From positions 190,921 to 254,920 of the forward strand of contig JBBTUN010000004.1 in NCBI GenBank assembly GCA_038063735.1: a stretch of DNA of 64,000 nt. Direction: 5' to 3'. This DNA comes from Patescibacteria group bacterium. GTDB lineage: Bacteria; Patescibacteriota; Microgenomatia; Curtissbacterales; GWA2-41-24. The position numbers and the translations under genes were made by a program. Shown piece after piece: positions 50,299 through 59,109 of this stretch; within the stretch, counting starts at the first letter, position 1; the number at the start of each line of letters is the position of its first letter. The notes below the pieces were generated by a model. That model searched no databases and was not told where the DNA came from. It was given only the letters and a program-made list of their open reading frames with translations.

Positions 50299-51081
50299 AT
50301 GCCAAATAACAAGCCAATAGGTTTTTTCGATTCGGGTATTGGCGGTATTTCTATTTTAAAAGAGGTAAAAAAATTACTCCCCAACGAATCAACAATTTTT
50401 ATTGCAGATCAAAAAAATATGCCCTTTGGCACAAAAAGTGCGCCCGAGCTGAAGGACATAACCAAAAAACTGACAGAGTTTTTGCTAAGAAGCGAGATTA
50501 AACTTTTAGTTATTGCCTGCAATACGGCAACCTGTTCCAGCCTTAATTATCTAAGAAAAGTTTTTGACATTCCAATTATCGGGGTTGTTCCGGCAGTGAA
50601 ATATGCAGCGAAAATAACTAAGAAATCCAAAATTGCCGTCATGTCTACGCCCGGCACCTACAAAAGCAGGTACTTGGAAAAACTAATAAAAGATTACGGG
50701 GAGAACGTGAGTGTACTAAAGGTTGATTGTTATGGTCTCGAAAACGCAATTGAGTCCGGAAGCAAAAATAAGATAGAAAATCTATTAGACAAATATTGCG
50801 CGCAAATAAGAAAATTTGATGCCGATGTGGCCGTCCTTGGGTGTACGCACTACCCGCTGATTAAGCAAAAAATAGCGGACATCTTAGGCAAAAAAATATG
50901 TGTCATAGATTCAGGTGAGGCAATTGCCAAAAGGACAAAAACAGTAATAGCAGATCTGGATATAGGCGCAATAGGTCGATCAAAAGAAATTTACTATACA
51001 ACTGGCAGCCCGAAAAAATTTGCCCTTGCCTTAACATCAATTCTGAATCGCCCAATTGCTGCCCAACAAGTGTCTGTATGA
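50299..51081 (+). CDS. murI: Glutamate racemase
   Basis: FDSGIGG, IACNTA, LGCTHYP, IDSG. Confidence 0.95.
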   Translation: MPNNKPIGFFDSGIGGISILKEVKKLLPNESTIFIADQKNMPFGTKSAPELKDITKKLTEFLLRSEIKLLVIACNTATCSSLNYLRKVFDIPIIGVVPAVKYAAKITKKSKIAVMSTPGTYKSRYLEKLIKDYGENVSVLKVDCYGLENAIESGSKNKIENLLDKYCAQIRKFDADVAVLGCTHYPLIKQKIADILGKKICVIDSGEAIAKRTKTVIADLDIGAIGRSKEIYYTTGSPKKFALALTSILNRPIAAQQVSV

Positions 51082-52424
51082 TCAAAAACAAAAAAATTGC
51101 TATATTCGGCCTTGGCTTGGAAGGAATATCTGCAGTAAATTACCTTTCGAAATATAACGAAATAGTAGTCTTTGACAAGAAAGAAAAACGTGATTTGCCT
51201 AAAGTTGCCCAAGATTTATTAGGGCGTCACAAATTAACCGCACACCTGGGCAACTCTTTCAAACAACAAAAATTTGACTTAGTACTGCGTTCTCCGGGTG
51301 TACGGCCCGACGATCCAAAGATTTTAAAACTTGTTAAAAATGGTGCCAGGCTTACCAGCGCCACACAAATATTTTTCAATGAATTTAAGGGGCAAATAAT
51401 AGGTGTCACCGGTACAAAGGGCAAAGGTACCACCAGTACCTTAATTTTTGAACTTTTAAAAGCTAAGTTCGATGATGTTCATCTGGCCGGAAACATTGGA
51501 AACCCAATGCTAGATCTTCTCAAAGATTTGTCCCCAAAGTCAAAGGTTGTACTGGAGCTGTCCAGCTTTCAACTTACAAACCTTCAAAAAAGTCCACACA
51601 TTTGCGTGATATTGATGATAACCTCAGAGCATTTAAACTGGCACAAAAACAGGGAAGAATACATAAATGCCAAGGCCACAGTCGTCGCGAATCAAACAAA
51701 AAATGATCTTGCAATTATTAATCAGGACTTTCCCGCCTCAAGAGGCTTCGCCAAAAAAACCAAGGCAAATGTATATTTTTTCTCAACCATTGGCAAAACA
51801 AACGGGGTTTATATAGAAGGCCAAAATGTTAAATCCAATATCGAAAGCCAGGAAACAATTTGCAGTATCACTCAAATACTTTTACCCGGAAGGCATAACT
51901 TGCAAAACGTTTGTGCCGGCATTTCTGTTGCAAAAATAATGGGCGTGGAAAATAAAAGTATTATAAAAGTCCTAAAAACATTCAAGGGCCTCAAGCACAG
52001 GTTGCAAATGATTAAAGAAGTTGAAGGCGTCAAGTATTATGACGATTCTTTTTCGACAACCCCGGAAACGACAATAGCGGCGCTCGCGGCATTCAAAGAA
52101 CCGAAAATATTAATTCTCGGAGGCTCTTCAAAGAAATCTGATTTTACAGATTTAGTCCACATGATAAACAAAAACAGCAGCCTAAAAGCAGTTGTCTTAA
52201 TTGGTATAGAAGGTCAAAGATTAAAACAAATATTCAAAGAAACAAATTCTACCCGCACTATCATAGAAGGGCCCAAAAATATGCAGGAAATCGTAAGTAC
52301 TTGTAAAAATCTGGCACTAGGTGGCGACATAGTACTTTTATCACCTGCATGTGCCTCTTTCGGTATGTTTAAAAATTACAAAGATCGAGGAGACCAATTC
52401 ATCAAAGAAGTAAATAAGCTATGA
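51078..52424 (+). CDS. murD: UDP-MurNAc-L-Ala:D-Glu ligase
   Basis: GLG.EG, SPG, TGTKGKGTT, GNIG, ELSSFQL, HRL, DDS.ST, LSPACASF.MF.NY..RG..F. Confidence 0.95.
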   Translation: MIKNKKIAIFGLGLEGISAVNYLSKYNEIVVFDKKEKRDLPKVAQDLLGRHKLTAHLGNSFKQQKFDLVLRSPGVRPDDPKILKLVKNGARLTSATQIFFNEFKGQIIGVTGTKGKGTTSTLIFELLKAKFDDVHLAGNIGNPMLDLLKDLSPKSKVVLELSSFQLTNLQKSPHICVILMITSEHLNWHKNREEYINAKATVVANQTKNDLAIINQDFPASRGFAKKTKANVYFFSTIGKTNGVYIEGQNVKSNIESQETICSITQILLPGRHNLQNVCAGISVAKIMGVENKSIIKVLKTFKGLKHRLQMIKEVEGVKYYDDSFSTTPETTIAALAAFKEPKILILGGSSKKSDFTDLVHMINKNSSLKAVVLIGIEGQRLKQIFKETNSTRTIIEGPKNMQEIVSTCKNLALGGDIVLLSPACASFGMFKNYKDRGDQFIKEVNKL

Positions 52425-53542
52425 AAACCCAGACAGAAACCTTAAAACTTCGTTCGCAAAAAAAAACCTTCGATTATTGGCTTATTGGCGTCACCGCACT
52501 ACTGGTTTTAATAGGTCTTATCGTTATCTACGACGCATCTGTTGTTGCCGCATATCGCGATTTTAATGACAAATTTCACTACATTAAAAACCAACTTATT
52601 TGGACAGCGCTAGGCGCAATATCACTCACTTTTTTTAGTTTTTTCAATTATCACAGGCTCTTAAAGTTCTCCAGCTATTTTTTAGGGCTCAGCGTATTTT
52701 TCTTAATACTTGTTCTTATCCCCCACGTGGGTACGCAAGTTTTGGGTGCACGCCGCTGGATAAACATCGGCAGTTTTAATTTTCAGCCATCGGAATTCGC
52801 AAAACTCGCTGTGGTTTTTTATGCGACCTTTATCATCGACAAGTTCGAAAACTACAAAATGACTCTTCTGGACATATTTATCGTCTACTTTTTACCAATT
52901 TTAATAACAACCACCCTCGTTATTATCCAGCCGGACCTTGGCACAGCACTTATTTTCTTTGCAATAACCATTATTATTTACTTCATTGGCAACGCACCCA
53001 TATGGCATTTTTTGCTTACGGTACCTTTTGCGATCGTCAGCGCTTTAGTCGCAATTGCCACGCACCCTTACAGAATAGACAGAATCAAGGCGTTTTTGGA
53101 TCCCAATTTTGATCCACAGGGAGCGTCCTATCAAATTAATCAGATAATAATTGCACTCGCATCCGGCGGGTTATTAGGCGTGGGCATAGGCGCGTCCCGC
53201 GGTAAGTTTGAATTTATTCCGGAAGTACACAGTGACGCTATTTTTGCAGTTCTGGTTGAAGAACTCGGATTTCTAGGCGCGTTCATTCTTGTTGGACTAT
53301 TTTTGTTTTTAATAACCCGCGCCATAAATATTGCCAGAAACGCTCCGGACTATCAGGGAAAGGTACTGGCCTCAGGAATAGTTGCCCTCATTGCCGTGCA
53401 GACTCTTTTTAACCTGGCGGCAATTGTGGCGCTCGTCCCCTTAACAGGAATCCCCCTGCCTTTTATTTCCTACGGAGGGTCGTCTCTTTTTGTAACTTTA
53501 AGCGCAATCGGCATCTTGCTTAACATTAAAAAACAGTCATGA
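52421..53542 (+). CDS. ftsW: SEDS peptidoglycan polymerase FtsW
   Basis: GARRWI, FQPSEFAK, QPDLG, YQ..Q...A..SGG, PE.HSD.IF, EELG, PLTGIPLPFISYGGSS. Confidence 0.95.
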   Translation: MKTQTETLKLRSQKKTFDYWLIGVTALLVLIGLIVIYDASVVAAYRDFNDKFHYIKNQLIWTALGAISLTFFSFFNYHRLLKFSSYFLGLSVFFLILVLIPHVGTQVLGARRWINIGSFNFQPSEFAKLAVVFYATFIIDKFENYKMTLLDIFIVYFLPILITTTLVIIQPDLGTALIFFAITIIIYFIGNAPIWHFLLTVPFAIVSALVAIATHPYRIDRIKAFLDPNFDPQGASYQINQIIIALASGGLLGVGIGASRGKFEFIPEVHSDAIFAVLVEELGFLGAFILVGLFLFLITRAINIARNAPDYQGKVLASGIVALIAVQTLFNLAAIVALVPLTGIPLPFISYGGSSLFVTLSAIGILLNIKKQS

Positions 53543-54639
53543 AAAAAGTATTAATTTGTGGTGGACACTTTACGCCAGCGCTAGCCTTAATTGAAGAGCT
53601 GGAAAAAAACAAAAATATAGAGATTGTCTTTATTGGCAGAAAATATTCTGTGGAGGGGGTAAACAAAACGTCGGTAGAATACAAAGAAATTAAAAGAAAA
53701 GGGATTAAATTTTTGACTCTCACAACAGGCAGACTTCAGCGCAAATTTACGACCCGCACCATTCCCTCACTCCTAAAAATACCCTTCGGTTTTTTTCAAA
53801 GTTTTCTTTATCTTCTTGTTGTAAGGCCAAATCTGGTCATGTCTTTTGGGAGTTACGTATCCACACCCGTCGTTGTAAGCGCTTGGCTCCTGGCAATACC
53901 GGTTCTTACCCATGAGCAAAGTTCGATACCGGGCCTGGCAAACAGAATTAACGCAATCTTTGGCAAAACTGTGTTTGTTGCCTGGCCCGCTTCGACAAAA
54001 TATTTCAAGGTTAACAAAGAAGTAAAAGTTGTCGGCAATTTAATTAGAAAGTCCGTGTACAAAACCGACGCCCAAAGCCCCCAAATAAAAAAATTTCTCA
54101 AAGATCATAAAAACATAATTTACATAACAGGTGGAAACTTAGGGTCACATATAATCAACAATCATATTTTTGCAGCTTTGCCGCTAACGGGTTTTAGTGT
54201 TATTCACCAGGTTGGAAGTATAAATTATAAACAGGACCTGGAAACTGCCAAAGGTATAAAAGCCCAAAATTATTTACCCCTCGACTATATTTCGGAGGGT
54301 GATATCGGTGCCGTTTTAAACGCTGCCCAAATAGTTATCGCCAGAGCTGGTGCTAATACGGTTTGGGAGCTGGCGTCTCTGGCAAAGCCTTCCATATTAG
54401 TACCCTTGCCAATAGCTGGTGCAAACGAACAAGCAGAAAATGCCAAAATTTTAGAAAGCGCCGGAAGCGCGGTAATCATCCACCAAAAAGATCTGACCCC
54501 TGCTAAGCTTAAAGAAGAACTGCACGCCGTATCGATTAATTTAGAAAAATACAAAAAAGCTGCACGGAATTTTAAAAAAACCTTACCCGCCGACCCGACA
54601 AATTTGGTATTGTCCGAAGCGCTTAAATATCTAAAATGA
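53539..54639 (+). CDS. murG: Lipid II GlcNAc transferase
   Basis: GGH..PA, HEQ..IPGLAN, GN, GGNLGS, RAGANT..E, EQ..NA. Confidence 0.93.
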   Translation: MKKVLICGGHFTPALALIEELEKNKNIEIVFIGRKYSVEGVNKTSVEYKEIKRKGIKFLTLTTGRLQRKFTTRTIPSLLKIPFGFFQSFLYLLVVRPNLVMSFGSYVSTPVVVSAWLLAIPVLTHEQSSIPGLANRINAIFGKTVFVAWPASTKYFKVNKEVKVVGNLIRKSVYKTDAQSPQIKKFLKDHKNIIYITGGNLGSHIINNHIFAALPLTGFSVIHQVGSINYKQDLETAKGIKAQNYLPLDYISEGDIGAVLNAAQIVIARAGANTVWELASLAKPSILVPLPIAGANEQAENAKILESAGSAVIIHQKDLTPAKLKEELHAVSINLEKYKKAARNFKKTLPADPTNLVLSEALKYLK

Positions 54640-55322
54640 AAAAGAAGCTTACAACTGTTTTAACGGCTTTAATCCTGGCTCTAATAATTTACACAATATT
54701 TTTTTCGTACGTTTTCAAAATCAAAACAATTCAAGTTGCTAGCGAGTCATGTATAACTCGCGAGCAAGTGGAAAGCACTTTGTCCCTAACTGGAAAAAAC
54801 ACAATCCCTATTAATACCGAAAAATTAACGCGTCAGCTTAAAGACAAATATTCATGCCTGGAAAATGTCCAGGTTAAAAAAATCTACCCAAATACGATTA
54901 ACATTCAAACCCGCTCCACCCAACTGGTCGCAAAAGTTGAGGGAACGGATTATTTTATTACAGAAAGGGGCTTGGTTATAGAAAAAACCCAGGACACTCA
55001 ATTACCAAAAATATATATCCCCCAGGGCACAGAAATAAAACTTAATCAAAAACTCACCTCAGACAAAATATTGTTCGCTCTAACGCTCACCCGGGAGGTA
55101 GCAAAAACCGATTTTACGCCAGCCAGCGTTCGGTTTTTAGAAGAGGGTGACGTTGCTGTTTACAGTACTCAAGAGGCAATTGCCCTGTTTAGCACAACAA
55201 AGTCGGCAGCTGGTCAGGTTGACTCTTTACAGTCAGTCTTGGCAAAAGCTAAAATAGATGCGGCTAAAATCGAAAAAATTGACCTACGTTTCGATAAGCC
55301 AACTATAGTTTACAAAAAATAA
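54636..55322 (+). CDS. ftsQ: Cell division protein FtsQ/DivIB
   Basis: TM + POTRA (F.IK.I.V, K.YPN.I.I), C-terminal IDLRF; precedes ftsA. Confidence 0.85.
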   Translation: MKKKLTTVLTALILALIIYTIFFSYVFKIKTIQVASESCITREQVESTLSLTGKNTIPINTEKLTRQLKDKYSCLENVQVKKIYPNTINIQTRSTQLVAKVEGTDYFITERGLVIEKTQDTQLPKIYIPQGTEIKLNQKLTSDKILFALTLTREVAKTDFTPASVRFLEEGDVAVYSTQEAIALFSTTKSAAGQVDSLQSVLAKAKIDAAKIEKIDLRFDKPTIVYKK

Positions 55323-55324
55323 TA

Positions 55325-56602
55325 ATGACCAAAGATAAAGTTGTTGTTGGTATAGATGTAGGATCCACAAAAGTAACAACAATAATCGCAACAATTCAGG
55401 ACGATTTTTCTCCAAATATAATAGGTGTTTCCCAGGCAACTGCAAAGGGCCTGCGAAAGGGCCAGGTAGTAGATATCGACGAAGCGGTTGCCAGTATTAC
55501 CGGCTCAATAGAAGCAGCGGAAAGAATGGCAGGTTACTCTGTTGGGGCAGCATTTGTCTCTGTCGACGGAGTTCATATTGAATCACAAAACTCAAAAGGG
55601 GTTGTCGCCATTTCCAATCCTCAAGGCGAAATTTCCCAGGAAGACATTACAAGAGTTATCGAAGCGGCGCGGGCAATTTCGCTGCCCTCATCAAAAGAAA
55701 TCTTGCATGTCATCCCCCGCTTTTTTACTGTGGACAGTCAGGGTGGCATAAAAGACCCGATTGGTATGAACGGGGTAAGACTGGAAGTAGAAACTCACAT
55801 CGTAACCGGCGCAACCACCGCACTTCGTAACATTGCCAAATGCGTGTCTCAAGTTGGTATTAGTGTAGAAGGAATGGTTTTTTCCGGACTGTCATCATCA
55901 TATTCGGTCCTCTCGGACACCGAAAAAGAACTTGGGGTTATTTTAGTTGACTTCGGCGGCGGAACAACAGATATTGTCATTTTTGTTGACGGAGCCCCGG
56001 CTCATTGCGCGGCACTGCCGGTTGGGGCCAGAAATGTCACCAACGATTTGGCCATAGGCCTGCGAATTTCTCTGGATTCAGCCGAAAAAATTAAGCTGGC
56101 TCTTTCCAAAGAACCGAAAATTGCCGTAGAGCCAGACGAAGAAGGCAGGGCAAGAGATAAAAAAGAGTCAGACCAGCTAGACATTTCCAGCCTGTCAATA
56201 GAAGAAGATTTAAAACTGGTCTCCAAAAAAACATTAACCGACGGAATCATACGACCAAGACTGAGAGAAATAATTAACATGGTCAAACTTGAAATTCAAA
56301 AATCAGGATACTCCGGCCTTACACCCGCTGGCGTCGTCTTAACCGGCGGAGGCGCGGCAACTGCCGGGCTAGTAGATATTGCCAAACAAGAACTAGGCAT
56401 GCCGGTCCGCCTCGGTCTTCCTCAAGGTGCGACTGGTCTAATCGATGAAATCGCCTCTCCCGCATTTTCGTCGAGCCTCGGGCTGGTAGTTTACGGCGCC
56501 AGTTTTCAGCAGGAAGACGTCCGCCTGCCGCTGGTGGGCAGAATAGAAATCAAAGGCATTTTTAATAAAGGTATTAGCCTTATAAAATCGGTTCTTCCCT
56601 AA
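55325..56602 (+). CDS. ftsA: Cell division protein FtsA
   Basis: GIDVGSTK, GLRKG, P.GM.GVRLE, VD.GGGTTD, AEKIK, VLTGGGA, C-terminal amphipathic helix. Confidence 0.96.
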   Translation: MTKDKVVVGIDVGSTKVTTIIATIQDDFSPNIIGVSQATAKGLRKGQVVDIDEAVASITGSIEAAERMAGYSVGAAFVSVDGVHIESQNSKGVVAISNPQGEISQEDITRVIEAARAISLPSSKEILHVIPRFFTVDSQGGIKDPIGMNGVRLEVETHIVTGATTALRNIAKCVSQVGISVEGMVFSGLSSSYSVLSDTEKELGVILVDFGGGTTDIVIFVDGAPAHCAALPVGARNVTNDLAIGLRISLDSAEKIKLALSKEPKIAVEPDEEGRARDKKESDQLDISSLSIEEDLKLVSKKTLTDGIIRPRLREIINMVKLEIQKSGYSGLTPAGVVLTGGGAATAGLVDIAKQELGMPVRLGLPQGATGLIDEIASPAFSSSLGLVVYGASFQQEDVRLPLVGRIEIKGIFNKGISLIKSVLP

Positions 56603-56614
56603 GCCTAAGTCCGC

Positions 56615-56643
56615 TTGCAAATAAAAAGACTCTGTGTTAAATT
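56615..56643 (+). promoter_or_regulatory. Dedicated ftsZ promoter (TTGCAA-17-TAAATT, extended -10)
   Basis: Read directly in the ftsA-ftsZ gap. Confidence 0.6.
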
Positions 56644-56671
56644 GTGACAGCTTTACAAGGTCTTCGTATCA

Positions 56672-57766
56672 ATGTTAATAAAACCGGACGTTAATAGATT
56701 CGCAAAAATAAAAGTTTTAGGCATAGGTGGCGGTGGAACTAACGCCCTAAACTCCATGATTACCCAGGCGCAAATTCAAGGTGTAGATTTCGTGGCGGTT
56801 AACACCGACCAACAGCACTTGCTAGCATGTCTGGCCCAAACAAAAGTCCAGATAGGGGACGGTTTAACTAAAGGTTTAGGAGCCGGTGCCAATCCCGATA
56901 TCGGCAAAAAGGCGGCAGAAGAATCGCTGGAAAGAATTAAAGATGTTGTAACTGGTGCCGATATGGTTTTTTTAACATATGGTGCCGGTGGAGGCACAGG
57001 CACAGGCGCCGGCCCGGTTATCGCCGAAATGGCTAAAAAGCTGGGCATCCTAACAGTTGCAGTTGTTACCAAACCGTTCGGTTTTGAAGGGACCCGAAGA
57101 ATGATTGTTGCAGAGGACGGCATCGACAGTCTCAGGGACAAAGTAGACACCCTTATTGTAATTCCAAATCAAAAACTCCTGGAAGTTGTCGACAAAAATG
57201 TGTCGCTCTTGGAAGCATTTAAACTCGCAGACTCAATTCTTTCCCAGGGTGTACAAGGCATTTCGGACATCATAGTTATGCCAGGTCTAATTAACGTCGA
57301 TTTTGCAGATGTCAAGGCCATTATGACAAACGCTGGCTCAACTTTAATGGGTGTAGGAACCGCCTCCGGAGAAAACAGGGCAACAACGGCAGCCAGAACA
57401 GCCATTGCTTCACCGCTTCTGGACTCATCAATAGATGGCGCCAGGGGAGTCCTCTTCAACATAACAGGCGGCTCGGATATGGCCATGAGTGAAGTTGACG
57501 AAGCCGCAAAAGTTATCACCAGTCAGGCAGACCCGGATGCCCAGATTATCTTTGGGGCTGCCATCGACGAAAAGTTAATCGATCAAATAAAAGTAACGGT
57601 AGTAGCAACCGGTTTTGACGAAACTAGAAGAAAGTATGTCCAGATAACTCCGCCAGACCTTTCCGTTAGCATGACTCAGCAACTGGAAAACCAAGACACC
57701 TCAATCGATGGCCAAATAGACGAAGACGAATTCGACGTTCCCACATTCCTACGTCAGATAAGATAA
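56672..57766 (+). CDS. ftsZ: Cell division GTPase FtsZ
   Basis: GGGGTNA, NTD, GAGGGTGTG tubulin motif, INVDFADV, C-terminal DVPTFLR. Confidence 0.98.
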   Translation: MLIKPDVNRFAKIKVLGIGGGGTNALNSMITQAQIQGVDFVAVNTDQQHLLACLAQTKVQIGDGLTKGLGAGANPDIGKKAAEESLERIKDVVTGADMVFLTYGAGGGTGTGAGPVIAEMAKKLGILTVAVVTKPFGFEGTRRMIVAEDGIDSLRDKVDTLIVIPNQKLLEVVDKNVSLLEAFKLADSILSQGVQGISDIIVMPGLINVDFADVKAIMTNAGSTLMGVGTASGENRATTAARTAIASPLLDSSIDGARGVLFNITGGSDMAMSEVDEAAKVITSQADPDAQIIFGAAIDEKLIDQIKVTVVATGFDETRRKYVQITPPDLSVSMTQQLENQDTSIDGQIDEDEFDVPTFLRQIR

Positions 57767-57806
57767 TCTCCTTTTAAAATCTAAAAAGAAAGTTAAAACT
57801 AAGGTA

Positions 57807-57830
57807 GTTCATAGTGTTAGTTACTATAAC
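57807..57830. other. Candidate attL/dif-like recombination site
   Basis: Imperfect inverted repeat gttcATAGT-gttagtt-ACTATaac with a 7-bp spacer between ftsZ and the integrase. Confidence 0.35.
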
Positions 57831-57906
57831 ACGCTCCCTCGTCGCAACAAGACGAAAAATAGGGGAGTAGAAATGTGGATTTGCTTGTCCCAATAGGATA
57901 AACCTA

Positions 57907-57935
57907 TTGACAAGCTCTTAGTTTTTTGTTAATAT
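57907..57935 (+). promoter_or_regulatory. Integrase promoter (TTGACA-17-TAATAT, extended -10)
   Basis: Near-consensus boxes; the -35 lies in the inverted repeat 57883-57915. Confidence 0.75.
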
Positions 57936-57994
57936 GAGAATTAATCCTCGCAAGATTTTTCTCAACCACAAGCTACTCCCCAAAAAGGGAGTAA
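57936..57994 (+). promoter_or_regulatory. Structured integrase leader with SD-sequestering hairpin
   Basis: Hairpin AATC[CTCGCAA]GATT, then TACTCCC-caaaaa-GGGAGTA pairing the SD just before ATG. Confidence 0.65.
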
Positions 57995-59011
57995 ATGCAC
58001 ATACCAGAAGAAGATTTTAAGTCTTATATAACTATCAAGCTCAGTCTCGCCCCAAATTCTGTGCGCCACGATATGAGCAGGCTTAGGCTAATTAACCAAT
58101 GGTTTTCAAACAAGGAACTCACAAAAGAGAACATCGAAAAGTATTTTTACGAGAGAAAACAAGATGGCCTTGTAAATAATTCACTTAATACTTACCACAC
58201 AGTATTTCGACACATTCAGGGCTACTGCAAGGATAGAGGTCTTCAGGCTGATTTTTATGAGGGCTTCAAATCTTTTAAAAAGACAAAACCACACATTGTA
58301 ATTTTTACAACAGAGGAGATAGAGAAGTTGTTAAGCATAAAACTTTCTTATGGTCATTTTCGAGGCAAAGACGTGTCCTTTTTAGATTTCCGCTATAACA
58401 CTCTGACTAGGTTTCTAGCAGAAACAGGTTGCAGGTTCGGAGAAGCAGCTACATTAAAAATTAAATACTTGGACTTGGGCAGCGGCAAAGCAACTTTTGT
58501 AGATACTAAAACGAATGAGAATAGAACGGCCTTCATTACAGGACCACTCATTGCAGGAATCAAACAAATTACAGATGGTTGTGATCCTGATGATTACGTC
58601 TTTCGCAACGCCGTTGAGAAGCCTATGAGACCCCAAGAATATATTCCAGATTTAAAAAAGCGGGCTACTGCGGCTGGCATTTTGAATTTGAAAAAAGTAC
58701 ACCCACATAACTTTAGACATACATACGCAACAATGCTGCTTGAGGCTGGTGTGCAAATAACAGAAGTGTCAAAACTTTTAGGTCACAAAGATATTCAAAC
58801 AACCTACGATACTTATATGCATCTGGCTGATCGAACATTACAAAGAGCTGCGATGAGGTTGCCATTGATAAGGGGGAGTGTAGCGCCTGTTGAGACTATC
58901 AAAACAATAAAAGAAACACTAGAGAACTTCCATTTGGAGAGTGATCAGCGCTTTGTTTATATAATTTCCGAATCCGACGGTGAATTTAAATTCTCACTAA
59001 GAGCAAAGTAA
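57995..59011 (+). CDS. XerC/D-like tyrosine recombinase/integrase
   Basis: Core-binding N-domain, TGCRFGE (R), DTK (K), HPHNFRH (HxxR), LGH, TTYDTY (Y); no arm-binding domain visible. Confidence 0.93.
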   Translation: MHIPEEDFKSYITIKLSLAPNSVRHDMSRLRLINQWFSNKELTKENIEKYFYERKQDGLVNNSLNTYHTVFRHIQGYCKDRGLQADFYEGFKSFKKTKPHIVIFTTEEIEKLLSIKLSYGHFRGKDVSFLDFRYNTLTRFLAETGCRFGEAATLKIKYLDLGSGKATFVDTKTNENRTAFITGPLIAGIKQITDGCDPDDYVFRNAVEKPMRPQEYIPDLKKRATAAGILNLKKVHPHNFRHTYATMLLEAGVQITEVSKLLGHKDIQTTYDTYMHLADRTLQRAAMRLPLIRGSVAPVETIKTIKETLENFHLESDQRFVYIISESDGEFKFSLRAK

Positions 59012-59092
59012 AAGGACTAGTCGTAAAACCAGTCCTTTATCTCGTTTCACAAGCTACTCCGTTATTTCTCCTCGCAAGAGTATAAAACGGCA
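59010..59092 (-). ncRNA. Candidate antisense sRNA (or ATPase 3' UTR) complementary to the integrase leader
   Basis: Minus strand: hairpin with loop UUGCGAG, tail GGAGUAGCUUGUG, then terminator; both parts are complementary to 57945-57979. Confidence 0.5.
59011..59038. terminator. Bidirectional intrinsic terminator
   Basis: AAAGGACTAGT-cgtaaa-ACCAGTCCTTT hairpin between convergent genes. Confidence 0.7.
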
Positions 59093-59109
59093 GCCTCAGT
59101 TAATCTCAT

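Noticed and set aside
57767-57994. tRNA or tmRNA as integration target
   Set aside because: No cloverleaf, T-loop GTTCGA or CCA end seen on either strand.
57945-59079. A/B repeats as target-site duplication or attL/attR around the integrase
   Set aside because: The two motifs occur in swapped order and sit in hairpin-loop/tail contexts; simple excision or duplication would keep them collinear.
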